48,725 bases of DNA, taken from positions 1 to 48,725 of IMG/VR virus record IMGVR_UViG_3300011335_000092. One strand, written 5' to 3'. The DNA is from a virus. Taxonomy: Duplodnaviria; Caudoviricetes. The notes beneath the pieces are model-generated. The model saw only the letters and a list, made by a program, of their open reading frames with translations. It did not search any database and was not told where the DNA came from. This document shows, piece by piece, positions 30,751-36,932 of this stretch (within the stretch, counting starts at the first letter, position 1; every line of letters begins with the position of its first letter). The translations under genes and the position numbers were made by a program.

Positions 30751-31082
30751 TTATACCCACCACCCGCAGCTTTATATCTTTTAGCAACTAACTGTGCTTT
30801 TCTGGCTGACCACTGACCTGCACCTGTACCTTGTGTTGCTTCTGACTTTACAGCTGATACGATACGTTTTCTAAGTTCAGGCTTTGTGTAATTACCAGCA
30901 GCGTTTACATTGCCACCTTCAGCATACTTCTTGCCTTTAGGAGCTTGCTTTGCACTAGGTAATTTTACCTTACCACCTTTTTTATATACTTCTACATCTT
31001 GTGGCTTGTCCTTACGAACAATCTTTTTGCCACTAGGCATCTTAGAAGGATTAATATCACCCATGCCACGAGAGGCTCTCAT
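30747..31082 (-). CDS. Basic protein with GG motifs, resembling the N-half of the DUF5872-like family, 111 aa
   Basis: YTKPELRKRI..GQWSARKAQLVAKRYKAAGGGY motif. Confidence 0.65.
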   Translation of the reverse strand: MRASRGMGDINPSKMPSGKKIVRKDKPQDVEVYKKGGKVKLPSAKQAPKGKKYAEGGNVNAAGNYTKPELRKRIVSAVKSEATQGTGAGQWSARKAQLVAKRYKAAGGGYK

Positions 31083-31279
31083 TACATCATCTTCCCGCGA
31101 GTCTTACCGCGAATAGCGCACCCATCTGCACGTGATGAAGCTGAACCGCCTTTTTTAAATGGACGTGGTTTAAGTGGTTTACCATCTGGGCCTGTTGGAG
31201 GGCCATCATCTTCTGCTTCAGGTGGGAGTGGAGGAGCAGATTTTTTCTTTTTCTTTTCTAACATGTCATCATTAATCAT
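31082..31279 (-). CDS. Small Lys/Pro-rich protein, 65 aa
   Basis: Coupled in operon; ends FKKGGSASSRADGCAIRGKTRGKMM. Confidence 0.75.
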   Translation of the reverse strand: MINDDMLEKKKKKSAPPLPPEAEDDGPPTGPDGKPLKPRPFKKGGSASSRADGCAIRGKTRGKMM

Positions 31280-31740
31280 ACAAACCTTCCTTTAGTTTTA
31301 CCGCGTTGAGCACAACCATCACCACGACTAGATGCTGAACCGCCACCAGCCATTTTCTTAACCTTACCACCACGTTTCATACCGTCAGAGTCAGCGTCAT
31401 AACCACCTTTGTTAACTTGGCCCATATTAGCACCCATCTCGCCTGAAGCTGAACCCATATCACCAGAAATACCATCAGCAGTATAATAATCACCACTAGT
31501 ATCTTTAAGTTTTTTTACAGTTGGTTTAGCTTTTGGTTTTGGTTTATTTACTTTACCCATATCTGGACCAACTTTAGAACCATCGCTGTTATCTACGCGT
31601 GAAGCCCTACGTGGTACGTCAAAGTTTGGACCAATTTTATCTGATGGACTTAAACGACTTGTAGTATCAGATTTAGGTTTATCTTTAGGTTTATCTTTAG
31701 TTGCTTGACTTGTTATAACGTCAATATCTTTTTTAGCCAT
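31276..31740 (-). CDS. Disordered Lys-rich protein, 154 aa
   Basis: Ends MKRGGKVKKMAGGGSASSRGDGCAQRGKTKGRFV. Confidence 0.75.
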   Translation of the reverse strand: MAKKDIDVITSQATKDKPKDKPKSDTTSRLSPSDKIGPNFDVPRRASRVDNSDGSKVGPDMGKVNKPKPKAKPTVKKLKDTSGDYYTADGISGDMGSASGEMGANMGQVNKGGYDADSDGMKRGGKVKKMAGGGSASSRGDGCAQRGKTKGRFV

Positions 31741-31742
31741 GA

Positions 31743-32123
31743 TTACACCATTTTTCCTTTAGTTTTACCGCGGACTTCAATGCCGCCGCCTTTAGCCATT
31801 TTTTTAGCTTTACCACCACTGCACATTTTCTTAGCCATACCGCCTTTTTTTAGCTTAGATAAATCTGTCTTTTCGCCTTTATGTTCTTGCTTGTCGTGCA
31901 TTCCAAAAGCTTTTTTAATCATTGCTTTGTCTTGCGCTTTGTCCATCTTTGTATCTTCTTTCATGTCTGACTTAGCCATACCGCCTCCTTTAAATTTTTT
32001 ACCTTTATCAGCGGCAGAGAATTCTTGGCCTACTGACTGTTTGATACCGACCTTCTTTGCAAACCCTGGATTATGTGCAATTGCTTCCATAAAGTTATGT
32101 TGCTTTTTAGATGTACTAGGCAT
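31743..32123 (-). CDS. Lys/Gly/Met-rich protein, 126 aa
   Basis: MPSTSKKQHNFM N-terminus; three 9-aa xxxGGxAKK repeats; ends RGKTKGKMV. Confidence 0.75.
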   Translation of the reverse strand: MPSTSKKQHNFMEAIAHNPGFAKKVGIKQSVGQEFSAADKGKKFKGGGMAKSDMKEDTKMDKAQDKAMIKKAFGMHDKQEHKGEKTDLSKLKKGGMAKKMCSGGKAKKMAKGGGIEVRGKTKGKMV

Positions 32124-32328
32124 TTTTCTTGCCCCATTTCTTAATTAAATTCTGCACTGTCTTTGTTTCGTAAATGCGGATTAGGGTCCACACGACTGAT
32201 AACGCTGCTGCTATTGATGGTAGTATTTGTAACAAGGAACCAAAGGCAACGCCGATTGAAGTCCAGTCAATTACGCTTTTAGTATGCTCGTTGACCGCAT
32301 CCAGTTTTTCGAAGAGTTCTTTAAACAT
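32116..32328 (-). CDS. Small membrane protein (possible holin/antiholin), 70 aa
   Basis: About 30-aa hydrophobic stretch SIGVAFGSLLQILPSIAAALSVVWTLIRI followed by a basic tail. Confidence 0.6.
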   Translation of the reverse strand: MFKELFEKLDAVNEHTKSVIDWTSIGVAFGSLLQILPSIAAALSVVWTLIRIYETKTVQNLIKKWGKKNA

Positions 32329-32619
32329 TTAACATTTCCATCTTTTAAGTGAGGCTGCTTTACGAGTAGGTTTGCCGTTTTCATCTTTCATTGGGCCTGG
32401 CATCCCTGACATACGTGCGCAGAACGATTTTTTACGTGGACCACCTTCTGGTTGTGGAGCCTTTAAATGGCTACCTGTTGCTGCATTATATTTTGCTCTA
32501 CCTTTGGCTGTAAGTCCAGCACCTTTATCGGTAGCAAGTTTTTCACCTCGACCCACTGCAAGCGTAGGTCCGCCTTTTTTCATAGGCTTACATTCGCATT
32601 TTTTAGTTTCTTTAGCCAT
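32329..32619 (-). CDS. Basic protein, DUF6321-like, 96 aa
   Basis: GLTAKGRAKYN..RKKSFCARMSG..RWKC motif (family name from memory); start MAKETKK at 32619. Confidence 0.65.
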   Translation of the reverse strand: MAKETKKCECKPMKKGGPTLAVGRGEKLATDKGAGLTAKGRAKYNAATGSHLKAPQPEGGPRKKSFCARMSGMPGPMKDENGKPTRKAASLKRWKC

Positions 32620-32896
32620 TATGTTTATCCGCAAATACGTTAATGAATACGGTGTTGTCTTCTAGTGCTTCTATCTCGTGCCATTCGGTTTCTTTTAAGT
32701 TCACGGGCTGTGTGGTTTTGTCCATCACAAGCTCTTTGTTTTCTTTACGAATTATACATGAACCCGCTGTACAAAACGATGCATGAGCATAAATGTGGCT
32801 ATGCTTAGGTAGCCCCTCACCCTTGTTAACGTGGAATACGTTAATTCTCGCACCATCATAGGTAAACGAGTGGGCTGGTGGGACGTTCTTTATCAT
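32612..32896 (-). CDS. Cupin-fold protein, 94 aa
   Basis: GEGLPKHSHIYAH and WHEIEALED cupin metal-binding motifs. Confidence 0.8.
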   Translation of the reverse strand: MIKNVPPAHSFTYDGARINVFHVNKGEGLPKHSHIYAHASFCTAGSCIIRKENKELVMDKTTQPVNLKETEWHEIEALEDNTVFINVFADKHNG

Positions 32897-33270
32897 AGCT
32901 CTTGTGTGCCTTTTGTGACAGGTTGTACTGGCGCTACGTAAAGTTGTGGTGTTTGCACAAAATCAGCTAAGAACTCGTCAATTAATTTTTGCCGTCTAGC
33001 ATACGCAGCTGTGCGGCCCTTTACGTTTTCATACTGACCAAACTTAGGTACAAATACCATGTAGGTAGCGTCTTCCTCTGAGTTCTCTGACGGTGAAATC
33101 CACATCACGCCTTGTGCCGTTGGCACAGTTAGAATCACGCTAAATGATTGTGCATGTTTTGCCATTAGTTCGGCTTCAATTTCTTTAATACGTACATTAG
33201 CTTCTTCTTCTGAGTCAAATAACTCAGGATTGCCATTAATATAGTTTTGAATTTGATATTGTTTTGCCAT
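32893..33270 (-). CDS. Hypothetical protein, 125 aa (possible fibre chaperone)
   Basis: Directly follows the Gly-rich fibre; coupled to the cupin gene. Confidence 0.65.
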   Translation of the reverse strand: MAKQYQIQNYINGNPELFDSEEEANVRIKEIEAELMAKHAQSFSVILTVPTAQGVMWISPSENSEEDATYMVFVPKFGQYENVKGRTAAYARRQKLIDEFLADFVQTPQLYVAPVQPVTKGTQEL

Positions 33271-33279
33271 AAAATTTCC

Positions 33280-35265
33280 TTAATATATTGCGCCTGCGAT
33301 GTTAGCTGGGTTAATTACGTACACAGGCAGTCCTAATTCAGAAGTAAATGCAGTGCCTGCAGCACCTCCCGATTGCGTTGTTATAGTTTGTCTTCTTCCT
33401 GCGCCACCATTACCACCCCAACCACCGCCACCACCACCTGAAGCTATTGGGGTAGGAGAGTTATTTTGAGTTCCGCCAGCTTGGATAAATCCGCCACCGA
33501 TGTTAGTAAAATTAGTTGATATAGCAGATGTTTTACGTGCTGCACCTGAACCACCACCTGAACCTCCAATGCCTGGGAAAGCTGCTGCGGTTGTTTTTGT
33601 TCCTAGTGAAACTGAAGTTCCTGGGAGAATTAATCCTCCACCCCCACCTGATATATACTCGCCTGAACAATCAATAATTGTTGTACCATTACTACCTGAA
33701 GTGCCTACTGTTGTAGCTCCACGGGCAAGATTTATACTTGAGCCATTTCCACTATTACCACCGCCTGCGCCACCACCACCATATATGTAGTATGAGCTGC
33801 CTGGTGACCAAAGTGCATACCCACCACCACCACCGCCGCCTGCTACGTAGCCATATGTACAATCAATTGTAGTTGACCCAGAGAAATCAATTGTAGTTGC
33901 AGCAACTTTTATTGCAATGCCTCCATCTTCAGGGACAGCTGCTTCACTACCCCCCATACCACCTTTACCAAGAATAGCTCCGTTTACAATAATTTTTAAT
34001 CTAAGTATAGGAGTTTCACCTAAATTCTCAACAGTTAATGCAGGGACAACAACACTATCACTTCTTAACGTAACCCCTGTAGGTACTATAATAATAGCGT
34101 CTGTGTACCCACCGTCAGGAATTGATACTGTTGTTGGGGTTGCGGATGAGCTTAGTGTTGTTACATAGGTTGTGGTATTAGTTTTAAGGCTTCCATATTG
34201 GGTACCTGCGGTAATTGTAGTGATTGCGTTACCGTTTGTAATGATGCTGTTACCCCCTCCTTCACCTGCGCCTACGATAGAAGTTCCTACTGAACTCTGA
34301 GCGCCACTAGCCCCCCATCCACCACCACCACCGCTTATTACTGCATCTGCATATCTTGTTGGTATTGGAGCCAACCCATTAGCGGTTCCACCATTGTTGT
34401 TGTATGTACGGGATATTGTGGTACTTAATGCAGAACCTGCGCCCCCAGAACCACCACCATTTCCAATAGAGCTATATCCTGTGTTTGCTAACCCGCCAAC
34501 ACCAGGTAACACAAACCCACCACCACCACCTGAAATAAAAACCGATGGAAGACATGAACAAGGGCCAAAATACGCAACTTGATACTGCCCAACATTTCCA
34601 ATGTTTGGGGGTACTGCACGAGTTGAAACTGTACCTATTTGGTCAATTCCTAATCCACCACCTGCGCCACCACCCCCGCCCATAACATTATAATTAAATG
34701 AAGGGCTAGGTAAAGCTACGGCTCCACCACCGCCACCGCCAGCAATGTATCCATTATTTTCTAGTATGAGTGGGTAAGTTATTTCTAATGCAGCTTGACC
34801 TGGTGTTGATGGAGCTAAAGTCCATTGATATGAATAAGTACAACAACATCCATATGGGGTACCAAAAAGCGCTCCACCACCATCTCCGCCAGCACCTAGG
34901 ATGTATCCATTGTTGACTAGCTTGATTGTGTCCCCTGTAGTCCCACCAAGAATGTTCATTGATGCGCTAAATGGAGAATTATTAAATCCATTATATGTAC
35001 TAAAACTATACCCATACACATACACGCCAGCGTTTACTGTGATTACTAAATCTGATTTACCTGCAATATAACCTGGGATAGCTGAGACGTTAATGGTTGG
35101 GTACTGCATGTTTGTGGCAATAACAAAAGATAAAGCTGCTCTATCAACTACATTAACAGACTCGCCTGAGCCACCCACCCCGTTATCGGCAACAACATTA
35201 GTCACCTTACCTGATGAGGTATTTGCGTAGTTTGCTACGGTTGATTTGCCGACTGAGTATGTCAT
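33280..35265 (-). CDS. Glycine-rich adhesin with two tandem T-even gp38-like domains (possible head fibre), 661 aa
   Basis: LVNNGYILGAGGDGG..NNGYIAGGGGGG and IVNGAILGKGGMGG..YGYVAGGGGGG, each followed by polyglycine motifs. Confidence 0.65.
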   Translation of the reverse strand: MTYSVGKSTVANYANTSSGKVTNVVADNGVGGSGESVNVVDRAALSFVIATNMQYPTINVSAIPGYIAGKSDLVITVNAGVYVYGYSFSTYNGFNNSPFSASMNILGGTTGDTIKLVNNGYILGAGGDGGGALFGTPYGCCCTYSYQWTLAPSTPGQAALEITYPLILENNGYIAGGGGGGAVALPSPSFNYNVMGGGGGAGGGLGIDQIGTVSTRAVPPNIGNVGQYQVAYFGPCSCLPSVFISGGGGGFVLPGVGGLANTGYSSIGNGGGSGGAGSALSTTISRTYNNNGGTANGLAPIPTRYADAVISGGGGGWGASGAQSSVGTSIVGAGEGGGNSIITNGNAITTITAGTQYGSLKTNTTTYVTTLSSSATPTTVSIPDGGYTDAIIIVPTGVTLRSDSVVVPALTVENLGETPILRLKIIVNGAILGKGGMGGSEAAVPEDGGIAIKVAATTIDFSGSTTIDCTYGYVAGGGGGGGYALWSPGSSYYIYGGGGAGGGNSGNGSSINLARGATTVGTSGSNGTTIIDCSGEYISGGGGGLILPGTSVSLGTKTTAAAFPGIGGSGGGSGAARKTSAISTNFTNIGGGFIQAGGTQNNSPTPIASGGGGGGWGGNGGAGRRQTITTQSGGAAGTAFTSELGLPVYVINPANIAGAIY

Positions 35266-35267
35266 GG

Positions 35268-35576
35268 TTATGCAATACCTGCTTGGATGACTGTCATTGT
35301 TGCTGTACCTGAGCCTGAGTTGACTAGGACTTTAATAGCCGCTACTGGGAATGCGTAGTTGCCGTCTTGGCTTGCTGTTAGTGCTGCGACTGTTGGGTGG
35401 TTAAACCATGTTGGGCTTGCCACTGTTTGTGGGTTATCAAACGTATGTTGAACTGTGTAGTTCACTGTGCCTGTTACAACAACGCCAAAACCCACGTTAA
35501 ATGGGTTGATATATGTGTCCATAATAAGTACGTTACTTGAACCTGTGCCTGCCTGTGCTGCGATTTGCTGACGCAT
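35268..35576 (-). CDS. Small beta-sandwich capsid-accessory protein, 102 aa
   Basis: SD AAGGAG; YTVQHTFD..WF..AIKV pattern; capsid-proximal position. Confidence 0.6.
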   Translation of the reverse strand: MRQQIAAQAGTGSSNVLIMDTYINPFNVGFGVVVTGTVNYTVQHTFDNPQTVASPTWFNHPTVAALTASQDGNYAFPVAAIKVLVNSGSGTATMTVIQAGIA

Positions 35577-35598
35577 AATTAATCTCCTTAGTTGATAT

Positions 35599-35656
35599 TA
35601 AGGGCTGTCATGTGGGCGATTGACATTTAAGGCCCCTTATTAGGAAGCCACCCTTA
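35599..35656 (-). ncRNA. Intergenic three-way-junction RNA structure
   Basis: P1 UAAGGGU/GCCCUUA encloses hairpins GGCUUC/GGGGCC and UGUCA/UGACA; G-U pairs form only on the minus strand. Confidence 0.5.
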
Positions 35657-35662
35657 GATTAA

Positions 35663-36139
35663 TTAGACTTGGCTAGGGTTAGCTGCGCCGTCAGAGTTAC
35701 GAACAGTGTACATAATTGTAATTGTTGCTGTACCAGTAGTTAGTGTAGAGCCTTTAGTTGCTGTGTAATTAATGATAGCATCTGTAGCACCTACGTTTAA
35801 CCAACCGCCTGGAGTAGTAGCATTAGCATTTAAGTTTACACCACCTACGCTTGTGATTGTACCTGTAGTTGTAAAGTCTGTACCACCAATATCAAATTTA
35901 ATTGTAGTAGCTGCACTGAATACAGTAGATGTAACGATAGTTAAATGATTAACCAAAGCGCCTGCTGGCAATACTAATGAAGTAGCACCTGTTAATGAGC
36001 CATTAATAACGTCAAATGTAATGCTTGCTGTTTGTGATACTACTGAAGCACCCATATTACGGATTGTGCCAGCTGTAGTTCCTGTGGTATTCTTAACTGT
36101 GCCCAATAACCATGGGCCTAAATGTGAAGCGAAAGCCAT
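35663..36139 (-). CDS. Capsid decoration/accessory protein, 158 aa
   Basis: Thr/Gly-rich beta protein (LPAGALV..G.ATITIMY); SD AAGGA. Confidence 0.6.
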   Translation of the reverse strand: MAFASHLGPWLLGTVKNTTGTTAGTIRNMGASVVSQTASITFDVINGSLTGATSLVLPAGALVNHLTIVTSTVFSAATTIKFDIGGTDFTTTGTITSVGGVNLNANATTPGGWLNVGATDAIINYTATKGSTLTTGTATITIMYTVRNSDGAANPSQV

Positions 36140-36146
36140 AATAGAT

Positions 36147-36220
36147 TCCTTTATGCAAAAGTTTTCTTACCATCTTTGCATCGTCTGCTGGGGCAGTTGG
36201 TAAGAATTTAAATCCCAGAT
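36147..36220 (-). ncRNA. Pseudoknotted structured RNA, candidate Mu-gpT-DE motif
   Basis: Three crossing stems: CUGGG/CCCAG, UUCUUACCA/UGGUAAGAA, AUGCAAAG/CUUUUGCAU around a CAGCAGACG core; lies downstream of a Mu-gpT-like capsid gene; family name from context and memory, not from a CM search. Confidence 0.6.
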
Positions 36221-36226
36221 AACTGA

Positions 36227-36254
36227 ATCATACACATTTTATATAATTACGCAA
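36227..36254 (-). promoter_or_regulatory. Sigma70-like promoter for the structured RNA and downstream late genes
   Basis: TTGCGT-N16-TATGAT; predicted +1 near 36220 coincides with the RNA 5' end. Confidence 0.5.
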
Positions 36255-36270
36255 GTATTTTGGAGAGTTT

Positions 36271-36642
36271 ATGCCTTATAAAGACCCTGCTAAAAAGAAA
36301 GAAAAGCAAAAAGAATATGCGAAGAAATACTATGAAGCAAACAAAGATAAGATAATAGCCGCGTCAGGTAAGGCAAGAAAGTCCAAGAGAGCTGAATTTG
36401 CAGCTTTTAAGTCCCGTTTATCCTGCACACATTGTGGTGAAAACCATCCAGCAACACTAGATTTCCATCATGTAGTACCCAATCCAGCCAACAAAAAGAT
36501 TACAGAACTTCTACGTGCAGGGCGTTTTAACTTTGCAATGGAAGAAATTATGAATAAGTGTGTAGTGTTATGCAGTAATTGTCACCGCAAGCATCACTAT
36601 AATGAGGATAAATCGCGAAAAAGTGATATATTGACAAAATAA
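36271..36642 (+). CDS. HNH endonuclease, opposite strand to the late operon
   Basis: CTHCG..LDFHH..CVVLCSNCHRKHH; SD GGAG. Confidence 0.85.
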   Translation: MPYKDPAKKKEKQKEYAKKYYEANKDKIIAASGKARKSKRAEFAAFKSRLSCTHCGENHPATLDFHHVVPNPANKKITELLRAGRFNFAMEEIMNKCVVLCSNCHRKHHYNEDKSRKSDILTK

Positions 36643-36684
36643 AAAACCCCACAAGGTTGCGCTTCTTTGATAGGCGTGTGGGGT
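36641..36684 (-). terminator. Terminator for pqqA, between the convergent HNH and pqqA genes
   Basis: ACCCCACA/TGTGGGGT 8-bp stem followed by a U-tract on the minus strand. Confidence 0.55.
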
Positions 36685-36703
36685 ATGTTGCAGTTATTAT
36701 AAC

Positions 36704-36775
36704 TTATTTGTTCATAACGTAACAAGTTACTTCAAAGCCAAAACGCATTTCTGTAGCTGCTGGTTTTGTCCACAT
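36704..36775 (-). CDS. pqqA: Pyrroloquinoline quinone precursor peptide PqqA, 23 aa (not in ORF track)
   Basis: Hand translation: MWTKPAATEMRFGFEVTCYVMNK*; W..P and GFEVTxY with the ExxxY core; SD AGGAG 7 nt upstream. Confidence 0.95.
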   Translation of the reverse strand: MWTKPAATEMRFGFEVTCYVMNK

Positions 36776-36868
36776 GTTGTATCTCCTGGTTTACAAAATG
36801 TACGGAATGTACACTATGAGTATAGTTATACGCCTAAAATTAAACTAATCCATACGTAAAATCATGAA

Positions 36869-36929
36869 TTACCGAGCGGTAATAAATAAAGAAAAAGCCC
36901 ACCGAAGTGGGCTTAATGTTACCGAGCGG
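36869..36929. repeat. 11-bp direct repeat TTACCGAGCGG (36869-36879, 36919-36929) flanking the capsid-gene terminator
   Basis: Exact repeat at 50-bp spacing; the first copy extends to the dyad TTACC-GAGC-GGTAA. Confidence 0.75.
36892..36914 (-). terminator. Intrinsic terminator of the major capsid gene
   Basis: AAGCCCAC-TTCG-GTGGGCTT then U-tract; cUUCGg tetraloop. Confidence 0.9.
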
Positions 36930-36932
36930 GAA

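Noticed and set aside
30740-30760. Programmed -1 frameshift fusing the two DUF5872-like halves
   Set aside because: No X-XXY-YYZ slippery heptamer; an ordinary ATGA coupling explains the junction
20874-35265. Diversity-generating retroelement acting on fibre genes
   Set aside because: No reverse transcriptase and no template/variable repeat pair with adenine-specific mismatches seen
35599-35656. Three-way junction as a hammerhead ribozyme
   Set aside because: Lacks the CUGAnGA and GAAA core
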